From a virus (taxonomy: Duplodnaviria > Heunggongvirae > Uroviricota > Caudoviricetes), in the IMG/VR virus record IMGVR_UViG_3300025896_000021: 64,000 nt of DNA; one strand, written 5' to 3'. The translations under genes were made by a program, and so were the position numbers. The notes under the pieces were generated by a model. That model was given only the letters and a program-made list of their open reading frames with translations, ran no database searches and had not been told where the DNA came from. Each line of letters begins with the position of its first letter. Positions within the stretch are counted from its first letter, which is position 1. Positions 48,803 through 57,064 of the stretch are shown in pieces.

Positions 48803-48991
48803 ATGATTGATGACATGGAACAAGAGTGCCACACCATTAAAAATGGAGCACTTAAAATGTCTTGGTATATGCGTGGGGGCGTATCCTATGAGGATGTATT
48901 GAACATGAGTATAGAAGAACGATCATCCATAACTAAGATTATTGAAGATAACTTAGAAACAACAAAGAACACTAAATTGCCTTTCTTCTAA
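48803..48991 (+). CDS. gp51-like baseplate hub assembly protein (or C-terminal part of a frameshift fusion)
   Basis: 'WYMRGGVSYEDVLNMS.EER..I..IIE.N'; GAGGAG RBS upstream. Confidence 0.7.
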   Translation: MIDDMEQECHTIKNGALKMSWYMRGGVSYEDVLNMSIEERSSITKIIEDNLETTKNTKLPFF

Positions 48992-49048
48992 CCGGTAGTA
49001 GTCATTTATCTTAGATTAGAATGTCTTAGGGTATATTGTTTCTTTAAG

Positions 49049-49090
49049 AGATGAACTACGTTCATCTAAGAACTCACTTCGTTCGTTCTT
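49049..49090 (-). other. Two adjacent DNA-type hairpins with C(GNA)G triloops
   Basis: AAGAAC-GA-AC-GAA-GT-GA-GTTCTT and AGATGAAC-GTA-GTTCATCT on the minus strand. Confidence 0.55.
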
Positions 49091-49160
49091 TATCTTTACG
49101 GTTAACTAGAATAGATATTGTTTTTTATTCTTAATCTTCTAATACATATTGCCGATTAGA

Positions 49161-49508
49161 AGCCATGGTAGGGCAAATTTTGCCCTACCAATGGTTAAAC
49201 GCATGTTTGCCATGACCGTCATCCTTTGCCATCTATTCCCCGTATAATCAGCTTCTTTGTGCTATTACACGCTACCGGTTGTCCTGTAAAGTATATGGGA
49301 CTGTAGTGAGGTCTGTTAATTCTATTTCACATTAACGCCTCGACAACGCATGTTCTATATCCGCAAGATAGAGTTGGATATAGACTCATTGAAGGTTCGC
49401 TTTGACGAGAGCCTTCTCGGTATTCCTTATCATTACTGATAAGCATACTCCAGAATCTGACGGCACAGCACAATCTGTACAATCTCAAGGAGGACTCGCA
49501 GCCGAGCC
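49161..49508 (-). ncRNA. Unidentified ~350-nt structured RNA candidate
   Basis: About nine helices, including a long-range closing helix (49208-49221 with 49458-49470) and a GUAA tetraloop. G-U pairs work only on the minus strand. Confidence 0.6.
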
Positions 49509-49568
49509 ATCTAATTTTTATATTATGCGAACTTTGTGTCTGCTTTTATTTGTTTGGTTTGGTTTGGT

Positions 49569-50099
49569 TTATTTTGACGTGGTGTCTAATGTTGTACTTG
49601 AGTAGGCTTTCACGAACTCAGTATTATTTTTGAAGAAGCTAGTATGCTCCATGATGATCCAATCACCATGCTTCTTACTACTATAGAATACGCAGTTGTC
49701 TGCTTTCCATGTTAGTTTGCCTTGGACAGCGACATATTGACCCTTGCGATTGAACTTCATAAACAAAAGATTCAAATCACCGTCGTCTTCTACATCAAGT
49801 AGCTGTTCTAGCCACGAATCAAGTTGTTTGCACTCACCCGAAAGAGTTAAGTGCCACGGAAAGTCAGCATAGAATTTGCATTCTATATTCATTTTACTGA
49901 AACTTTGTCCTGGAACAATGTCTCCCTTGAATGAACGTATCTGACCTTCGTGCAAGAACTGAGTTCTTGATTGATTCTTGCCACCCACATAAGCACCAGA
50001 ACCAGGAGCACGGATGAATGATTCTCCGTACAATTCAGAAAGAAATTTTGCAACTTCTCTCTCGTATCCTGATCCTTTGTTCTTCTGCGGTGATGACAT
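49569..50099 (-). CDS. Holliday junction resolvase-like PD-(D/E)XK nuclease
   Basis: 'KGSGYEREVA', 'GDI', 'IECK' pattern. Start re-set to MSSPQKNKG. Confidence 0.75.
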   Translation of the reverse strand: MSSPQKNKGSGYEREVAKFLSELYGESFIRAPGSGAYVGGKNQSRTQFLHEGQIRSFKGDIVPGQSFSKMNIECKFYADFPWHLTLSGECKQLDSWLEQLLDVEDDGDLNLLFMKFNRKGQYVAVQGKLTWKADNCVFYSSKKHGDWIIMEHTSFFKNNTEFVKAYSSTTLDTTSK

Positions 50100-50133
50100 A
50101 CTATTACTTATCACTAGTGAATCGTGTCCGTAA

Positions 50134-52206
50134 TTATTCCATCTCGCTACTAGTAGCGTATGACGTAAATCCGTTTTCCTTGATAACTTTCAGCACGTTT
50201 GGTACACGTCCAGCTAGTTCTTCACGGTGAGACACAAGCCAAATCGACTTATGACGCCTGCGAGACATATCTTTCAGGATAGCAATAGAGTTTTCAACTC
50301 CAATCGTGTCCAATCCACTGTCAATCAATTCGTCAATGAACAATGTGTTGATAGGTTGATACAAGTTTTCCCAAACATCACGAAATGCAAAACTCAACCC
50401 TAAGATTAAGCGATTGCGTTCACCGCGACTCAAGTTATCAAAGTCAAGTTCACGACCCAACTCAGTAATTTCAACTTGCAAGTCGTTTTTAAACACAACT
50501 TGATGGGGTAGACCGATCTTATCCAAGTAATGCGTCAATCGTGCATTCAGGTATGACAAGTTCTGGTCAATGATCTTCTTACGAACGAACGAATCCTTAC
50601 TTGTCAGAATGTCTAACAAGAACTTTTGATGTTCCATAGTCTTTGTCAGTTTGTTGATCTTTTCAAAATCAATTGCTTGCAATGCATTTGCTTCCATTTC
50701 GGCTACTTGTTCCGAGTATGGATCAAGTTCACTTGCTTTGGTATCAATTTGTTGCAACAGATTGGCAATCTTGCTGCGATGTTCAATTGCTTGAGCCTCT
50801 GTATCATAATGTGTGATAGGTTGACGACCAATATCAACTACTGTATGCTCTGACAATTGTTCAGCAAACGGATTAGTCTCTAATTGCTTGTCTTCGTAAA
50901 TTTTCTTCAAGTTGGCCAAGTCACCGCTATGACGAATTGCTTCTGCTTCTGTTTTATACAGAGTAGTAGGTTGCGGTCCTAGTTCTTTAACCAGTAACAC
51001 GCTGTCAATTAGTAAACCTGCTAACTCTGCAAGCTGTGCAGTGGCAGTGGCAAGCATTTCTTGTTTGTCAGTCAATACTTTTGTATGACCGTCATCATGG
51101 AAGTCTTGACCGCATGCATAGCAAGTATGTTCTTCAAGTGACCGAACCTCTTTTTCAAGTTTAGAAATTAATTTTTTTTCTTTTTCTATGCTTTTGGTTT
51201 GGGTATCAATTGTAACGGCAAGATTGTTTTGAGTAGTAGATTCACGTATCCACTCTTTCAACTTAGCCCATGCTTCAAGTTCAGTTTCAATGTTGTAGCG
51301 ATTCTTATCTAAGTAAACACGACCGGCAACTTGCACATCACTGTCATTCTTTTGTTGCCATGCAATAGAACGAGCGAATAATGCACCATACGCATCCTGT
51401 TGCTTTTTCTTCTCGGTGTAAACTGAAAGTTCTTTGTGTGCTAACAATTCACTATCAATATCAATCTTACTTAACTCGTCATAGTCTAGTGCAAGCGTGT
51501 CCAAGTCTTCATCATGGCGCTTTAGCCAAAGCATTTGTCTACGCTTTAGCGCATCAATTTGTTCCTTAACTCGTTTGTTAGCTTCTTCAACTGCTTTGAC
51601 ATTGAATTCTTCTTGCTGTATACCATCTTTGCTAGCCTTTATCATGTTTTTGATAACTTCAGCTTTCTCTGATAGCAGTGTGATACCCATTAGTTGTTCA
51701 ATGATATCTTTTTGATCGTTATTCTTTAATGCAAGAAATGGTTCGGAGTAAGTGTTCAGTACAACGATGTGACGGAACATGTCTGATGACATACATAGTA
51801 CTCGTTCAATATTTGCTTGAGTTTCTTTGTTCTCACCCTGTGCATCATCTTGATTCTTTTGTTGAACATCATTCACATAGAATCGCAACACATTGGGTTT
51901 ACGACCACGTTCAATCTTGTATTCAATACCATTAGCGTTAAACTCAAGTGTAACCATCATAGCCTTACCGTTTGTACGATTGACTAAGTTGTCTTTGCGA
52001 ATGTTGTTAATTGGAACACCGAATAGGGCATACGATAGCCCTTGAATCAATGTGGTCTTGCCTGTACCGTTACGAGCACCGTCACCACCTAAGTCTAAGT
52101 TCTCACCTAGAATAAGTGTTAAGTCTTTTTTGTCAAAGTCAACTGCCTGAGTTACGTTTCCGATTGATAGGAAATTTCGTAGTGTTATATTTTTTAGTGT
52201 AATCAT
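50134..52206 (-). CDS. gp46: Recombination ATPase, Rad50/SbcC family (gp46)
   Basis: Walker A 'NGTGKT', zinc hook 'CYACG', signature 'LSRGE', Walker B 'LFIDE', 'VSH'. Confidence 0.95.
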   Translation of the reverse strand: MITLKNITLRNFLSIGNVTQAVDFDKKDLTLILGENLDLGGDGARNGTGKTTLIQGLSYALFGVPINNIRKDNLVNRTNGKAMMVTLEFNANGIEYKIERGRKPNVLRFYVNDVQQKNQDDAQGENKETQANIERVLCMSSDMFRHIVVLNTYSEPFLALKNNDQKDIIEQLMGITLLSEKAEVIKNMIKASKDGIQQEEFNVKAVEEANKRVKEQIDALKRRQMLWLKRHDEDLDTLALDYDELSKIDIDSELLAHKELSVYTEKKKQQDAYGALFARSIAWQQKNDSDVQVAGRVYLDKNRYNIETELEAWAKLKEWIRESTTQNNLAVTIDTQTKSIEKEKKLISKLEKEVRSLEEHTCYACGQDFHDDGHTKVLTDKQEMLATATAQLAELAGLLIDSVLLVKELGPQPTTLYKTEAEAIRHSGDLANLKKIYEDKQLETNPFAEQLSEHTVVDIGRQPITHYDTEAQAIEHRSKIANLLQQIDTKASELDPYSEQVAEMEANALQAIDFEKINKLTKTMEHQKFLLDILTSKDSFVRKKIIDQNLSYLNARLTHYLDKIGLPHQVVFKNDLQVEITELGRELDFDNLSRGERNRLILGLSFAFRDVWENLYQPINTLFIDELIDSGLDTIGVENSIAILKDMSRRRHKSIWLVSHREELAGRVPNVLKVIKENGFTSYATSSEME

Positions 52207-52781
52207 GTGTTTAGTAATTCGTGTACTTCGGGGTTAAATCTAGCAGAAAATAATGCTCTGGGTTTATTGTGGGTAGTAACAGAACAATGAGGGATGCTTA
52301 CGTTAACCCAAGCTGGATTAATGACAGCCCATCTTCCTATTTCAGTGGGAATAGTTCCTGGTTTTATTGTGGGTGCATTGTTATATGAAGGTTCAGCTTC
52401 AACTAGATTAGATTCTAACATATCTGCGTCATACCATACTGTGTAACTATCTTCGCAATTCAATACTGGGATGTTTAAGCCATAACAAACAGTAGTCCAG
52501 TCAGACTGGTCAACGTGAATACGAAGATCCTCGCCGTGATTGTTGCTGCTGATACCGCATCCAGACCATCTAGAAAATAAGTCCAACTTCCTAAGCATTT
52601 TACAAAATAAGGGAGTGTATGACACCATTATAAATTTTGAAACAAATATAAAATCTGTAGGCTTGTTGTCAAAATCACTATCTATCCTGTATAAAAATTT
52701 AGTCAACTCAACTTGTATCGCAGCTAAATTATCTATCTGCACTGGTTTATATAACCAAGTGGGTTTACTCATTGGTATCAT
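52203..52781 (-). CDS. Putative 2OG-Fe(II) oxygenase/cupin-fold protein
   Basis: HxD ('IHVD'), 'LNIP', distal His ('IPH') and 'PR...S.RF'. Confidence 0.55.
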   Translation of the reverse strand: MIPMSKPTWLYKPVQIDNLAAIQVELTKFLYRIDSDFDNKPTDFIFVSKFIMVSYTPLFCKMLRKLDLFSRWSGCGISSNNHGEDLRIHVDQSDWTTVCYGLNIPVLNCEDSYTVWYDADMLESNLVEAEPSYNNAPTIKPGTIPTEIGRWAVINPAWVNVSIPHCSVTTHNKPRALFSARFNPEVHELLNT

Positions 52782-53794
52782 AGATTGTTATAAATGTCTA
52801 GTAAAATCTTTTTGTCAAACGTAGCTGATTCAATACTGTTAATTTGGTCAATGACGATTTGGTCAACTGATTCAAACTTCAATCCATCAGCACCTGTAGT
52901 TTGTTCGGCCTGATCAACCTTCATGGGAATTAATGTCATTTCTCGTAGTCTGTGTTCTGGGATGAAACTTTCACGGATGAAGTTTGCTTCTTCATATGAA
53001 ATATCAATGTCAAGATGTACTCTAACATGACTATCAATCAATAGCAAGCCTTCAGGGTTTTCTAATACATCACTGAGTTTGTAAACTCTGAACAATGGTT
53101 GACGAGGCCAGCTATAGAAAGCAGGATCCTTGTCCCATTCTAATACCATCATGCCACGTGCGTCATCGCCTGCGTCAGCATAGTTATGTGGGAAAGCGTT
53201 ACCGATGTACCAAATGTTTTTCTTAGCTTGTCGTTTGTGAAAGTGCCCACTGAAGGTCATATCAAACCCAGCAAAGTGGTCACTGTTAAGTTCACCATGA
53301 TCGGGCATTTCAATCATAGCGTTCATAAAGAAGTTTGGCAACTCAAAATGACCAAACATATATTTGCCAGTCATCTTTTTAATTTGCTTGTAATCTTCTT
53401 GGACAAGCCAAGGTGCAATGACTACGTTACCTTCATTGAACCAATCGTTAACGATTGTCAAGTTTGGTAAGTGCTTCGCCCATTCAACACTGTGAATGTC
53501 ACGACGGTCACGATAGTACAAGTCATGGTTACCGGGGATGAAATATACATGGTCAAACGCCGCGCTTAGTTTTTCTAATGAACGTAGACCAAACTGTAAC
53601 GTGTGGATGTTGATACTAGCTCGGTGATGATTCCAATCACCTAAGAACATACAAGTTTCACAACCTTCAGCTTTCGCTTTGGTAATGAACCAATCTACAA
53701 AATTCTCACAATCTTGATTGTGCTGTAGACTATTTGACTTAAGACCGAAGTGGATATCGGTGAACACTGCTGCTTTTTTGAAAAGGTTACTCAT
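52778..53794 (-). CDS. gp47: Recombination nuclease, Mre11/SbcD family (gp47)
   Basis: Phosphoesterase motifs 'TDIHFG', 'LGD', 'GNHD', 'GH', 'SGHFH'. Confidence 0.95.
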   Translation of the reverse strand: MSNLFKKAAVFTDIHFGLKSNSLQHNQDCENFVDWFITKAKAEGCETCMFLGDWNHHRASINIHTLQFGLRSLEKLSAAFDHVYFIPGNHDLYYRDRRDIHSVEWAKHLPNLTIVNDWFNEGNVVIAPWLVQEDYKQIKKMTGKYMFGHFELPNFFMNAMIEMPDHGELNSDHFAGFDMTFSGHFHKRQAKKNIWYIGNAFPHNYADAGDDARGMMVLEWDKDPAFYSWPRQPLFRVYKLSDVLENPEGLLLIDSHVRVHLDIDISYEEANFIRESFIPEHRLREMTLIPMKVDQAEQTTGADGLKFESVDQIVIDQINSIESATFDKKILLDIYNNL

Positions 53795-53811
53795 AAACGT
53801 AGTATATAGGA

Positions 53812-53836
53812 AGAGGGGCTGAAAAACAACCCCTCT
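53812..53836 (-). terminator. Stem-loop downstream of gp55
   Basis: AGAGGGGTTG-TTTTT-CAGCCCCTCT on the minus strand; weak U-tract. Confidence 0.5.
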
Positions 53837-53849
53837 GGTTAAATGAAAA

Positions 53850-54752
53850 TTATTCTTCGTAGCTAGTACTAGAACTTGCTTGGCGAGACCATGAAGGATT
53901 CAACCCGTTGATCTCCAAAATGTCATCACGAATGTTTTGATTTCGCTTTTCCGTATTTAGGACACGACAGAAACTATTTGTGATAGCTGCGGTGTAGTAA
54001 GCGAATGGGTTAGCACTTTTGGCTTCATTGAAACGCAAGCCGACATACGTGAGTTGTAAAATGGCACTATTGCGCATCTCATCATTGTACGTGTACCCGC
54101 GCCAATTGTACTTCATTGCATATTTTTCGCACATCATAATGTACATTCGGGCTAGTTTGTTAGTGATGTTTCCGTGATCCTTAGAGAACTCACCATCCTT
54201 AAGTGAACCTTTCCAATGACTCTTGCCAATGCATTGATAAGTGTTTGTAGCGTCTACTCTAAAGTGTTGGAATGGGGGAAAGTTAACCTTGACGTGAACC
54301 ATATCGTCAATTTCTGCTTTGGTAGTTGTATCTTCTAAGTCTGCAAACAGTTCGTCTGCATCACCTTCAATTTCAAAGATATCCTTAGCAGTTTTCTTTT
54401 TATCTGATTTGCGGGGTTGTTTTGGAGCAACTGGGACATGATCCCAGGTCATTACACGAAATACTAAGTCAGTCACTGGTATAGACAATGGATCAACTGA
54501 ATCTTTTTCCCCTGCCTCAAGTCCTAGCCTAGATGCTCGGGTTTCACGTGCTAACTGAATAGATTCGGGCGTACTAGCAAAAGCTAGACTTTCTTCAATT
54601 GGAGCTAGGGGCATGTCAACAATAAAATCGTAACGATGATCCTCGGGTGTTAGAAAGCAGCAATAGTCAGTTTTGCTAGTGTGAATTTCTTTTAGAATAT
54701 CTTTGTTGTTAAGATAATTGACTGGTTTTCGGGGCGCGGGTAATAATGACAT
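53850..54752 (-). CDS. gp55: Late-transcription sigma factor (gp55 family)
   Basis: 'NYLNNKD', 'NWRGYTYNDEM', 'F...KS.NPFAYYT....NSF.R.L..EK'; lies next to gp47/gp46 as in T4. Confidence 0.88.
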   Translation of the reverse strand: MSLLPAPRKPVNYLNNKDILKEIHTSKTDYCCFLTPEDHRYDFIVDMPLAPIEESLAFASTPESIQLARETRASRLGLEAGEKDSVDPLSIPVTDLVFRVMTWDHVPVAPKQPRKSDKKKTAKDIFEIEGDADELFADLEDTTTKAEIDDMVHVKVNFPPFQHFRVDATNTYQCIGKSHWKGSLKDGEFSKDHGNITNKLARMYIMMCEKYAMKYNWRGYTYNDEMRNSAILQLTYVGLRFNEAKSANPFAYYTAAITNSFCRVLNTEKRNQNIRDDILEINGLNPSWSRQASSSTSYEE

Positions 54753-54839
54753 AGGTCTCCGTTGTTATGTTAAGAATAGTGTAACACATTTGTTGCAGAA
54801 TAGCAACCGATTTATGAGCAAAAGGTAAAAAGACTACTA

Positions 54840-54856
54840 TATTTAGCAGATAAATA
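54840..54856. promoter_or_regulatory. Back-to-back late promoters
   Basis: CTAAATA on - (54840-54846) toward gp55; ATAAATA on + (54850-54856) toward the baseplate operon. Confidence 0.55.
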
Positions 54857-54877
54857 TAGATAAGGACAACAATAACT

Positions 54878-56764
54878 ATGGCAACGCTAACAAAAGAACA
54901 ACTTGCAGCCCAACTAAACTACCTACAATCAACCGGTGCGACTGATGCTCAAATTGGAGCAGCAATCACCGCAGCTGGCTACAATGAATCAGCCTTTACT
55001 ATAAGTATGGATGGAAAATTTGAGCCAGAGGGCTCTGGTAGTGGAATCAAGGTAGCGGGAGTGGACTATAATTCATATACTCCGGAACCAGAACCAGTAG
55101 TTGCATCTACATCAACGGCAAATACAAAAGTAACGAGCACTACCTCAGTAGTGGAAACTACATCAGGCGGAAGTTCTACTACGAATTACGCTCCACCGGC
55201 GACAATAAGTACAGACGCAAAAGCCAGCGCGAAACTAGCAAATCAACGCGCTGACGCATTTACCGCTAATACTTCAGGTAAATTTGGAGCAGGCACTATT
55301 GACAAAGCTGTCGCCACCGGAGCAATTACTGCCGATGAAGCTGCTGCATTAAAATCGGGTTCAATCAGTGAAGCAGATAGATTCGCCACTGCACAATCTT
55401 CTAGAGCCTCAGGCAAAGCAGCGGTTGATGCAGGGACCACTTCTTCTCCACCTATTGTCGCTACCACCGCAGAACCAAACACAACTGCAACCACAGTAAC
55501 TACTACTAAAGCGGCACAAGATCCACCTGCAACAATCACAGCCGCATCTGACCCGGCAACTGCCCCCAACACGACTACTATCACTAACGAAGATGGAAGT
55601 ACATCAGAAATAAGTACAGACATCAATGCCGGTACACAAACATTGACGCCGGTATCAGACAATCCAATTGCACAGTCTACCGAAACGTCAGTGACCGTTA
55701 GCCAAACTATAGAAAACACAACAAATGTAGTTGATGATACATATGTTGTACCAGCAGAAGAAGAACAAACATTCTCACCATTGCAGGAACCTCCGGGGGT
55801 AACAGGGGATGAATTTGATGGCATAGATCAACAAGTAGCAGATAATGAAAATGGATTGCAGGAACCACCTCAATTATCTGCTGAAGAGGTTGATGCATAT
55901 TTACAACAAGGTGGAGAACCGACACAAGATGAAGCGCCGTCAAGCGCAGCAACCAATGCAACTGGGGCATCACGCTCGCTGCCTCCTGTAACAGTCACTG
56001 CTAAGAAAAGCCCATTCACAGCCGATGACTGGAGAATACGATTAAGTCTTGCAGACACTGCAAACTATTTGTACAGAATCGCATCAAAAGCTGATATATT
56101 ATATCCATTGATTGCAACTGACGGTGTCGTCTTCCCGTATACACCTGCAATCAATACTTCTTATCGGGCAAATTATGATCCGGCAGAATTAACTCATTCT
56201 AACTACAAAATGTTTTTCTATAAAAATAGTAGTGTTGACGATATTACGATCACCGCAGATTTTACTGCACAGGACACTGCTGAGGCAAACTATATGTTAG
56301 CCGTGATTCACTTTTTTAAGTCAGCAACTAAAATGTTTTACGGTCAAGATACTGCACCAAGAGCAGGAACCCCTCCTCCGTTATTATATCTAACTGGATA
56401 TGGCACTAATCAGTTTGAACATCATCCTCTACTACTTACTAACTTTACATATAGTCTACCTAATGATGTAGATTACATTCGAGCGGGCAGCAACGCTCAA
56501 TGGGGCGGAATGTCTATTGCCCAATTATCGAGTGGTAGCAGTACGAGACTAAGTGCGAATGGGTTGACCGCCGGTGGAACGGCGGCACCGGCTGCGTTCT
56601 CAGGACTTGCTAGTAAAGACAATGTTACATATCTACCTACAAAAATACAATTAAGTATTAGCTTGGTACCAGTCGTATCTCGAAACGACATAAGTAAAAA
56701 CTTCAGCCTTAAGGATTATGCGGCTGGTAAATTGTCAGGTAAAACTGGCGGAGGAATTTGGTAA
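54878..56764 (+). CDS. Baseplate tail-tube initiator/cap-like protein (gp48/gp54-like) with long low-complexity N-terminus
   Basis: C-terminal 'GVVFPYTP.I', 'ITITADFTAQ', 'PPPLLYL.GYG', 'NFTYSLP.DVDYI' tube-like domain; position at the head of the baseplate operon. Confidence 0.6.
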   Translation: MATLTKEQLAAQLNYLQSTGATDAQIGAAITAAGYNESAFTISMDGKFEPEGSGSGIKVAGVDYNSYTPEPEPVVASTSTANTKVTSTTSVVETTSGGSSTTNYAPPATISTDAKASAKLANQRADAFTANTSGKFGAGTIDKAVATGAITADEAAALKSGSISEADRFATAQSSRASGKAAVDAGTTSSPPIVATTAEPNTTATTVTTTKAAQDPPATITAASDPATAPNTTTITNEDGSTSEISTDINAGTQTLTPVSDNPIAQSTETSVTVSQTIENTTNVVDDTYVVPAEEEQTFSPLQEPPGVTGDEFDGIDQQVADNENGLQEPPQLSAEEVDAYLQQGGEPTQDEAPSSAATNATGASRSLPPVTVTAKKSPFTADDWRIRLSLADTANYLYRIASKADILYPLIATDGVVFPYTPAINTSYRANYDPAELTHSNYKMFFYKNSSVDDITITADFTAQDTAEANYMLAVIHFFKSATKMFYGQDTAPRAGTPPPLLYLTGYGTNQFEHHPLLLTNFTYSLPNDVDYIRAGSNAQWGGMSIAQLSSGSSTRLSANGLTAGGTAAPAAFSGLASKDNVTYLPTKIQLSISLVPVVSRNDISKNFSLKDYAAGKLSGKTGGGIW

Positions 56765-57063
56765 TGCTATACAATCAAACAAGCCCATACTACACTACAC
56801 CTACATTCAATAACGAATTTTTAGATGTGATGGTCAATCGACCTATCCCACTAAATTCCTCAGACACTTACTGGGAAATAACACAGACCTATAACATGAG
56901 ACCTGATTTACTAGCGTATGACTTATATGCCGACAGTAGATTGTGGTGGGTGTTCGCACAGCGTAATTCAAATCGACTTAAAGATCCTATCTTTGACTTT
57001 GTTGCTGGGACTGGGATATATATTCCTCAGCTACCCAATCTTCGTGAGGCATTAGGATTCTAA
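56764..57063 (+). CDS. Baseplate wedge protein, gp53/LysM-like
   Basis: 'RPDLLAYDLY....LWWVFA..N'; TAATG overlap with the upstream stop. Confidence 0.75.
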   Translation: MLYNQTSPYYTTPTFNNEFLDVMVNRPIPLNSSDTYWEITQTYNMRPDLLAYDLYADSRLWWVFAQRNSNRLKDPIFDFVAGTGIYIPQLPNLREALGF

Positions 57064-57064
57064 T

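Noticed and set aside
49161-49508. Identification of the structured region as tRNA, tmRNA, RNase P or a group I intron
   Set aside because: No T-loop/CCA end, tag frame, P4 consensus or recognisable P7 core found by eye, and it does not interrupt a gene.
49402-49605. 67-aa plus-strand ORF across the intergenic region
   Set aside because: TTG start, no recognisable motifs, overlaps the resolvase stop, and the region is better explained by minus-strand RNA structure.
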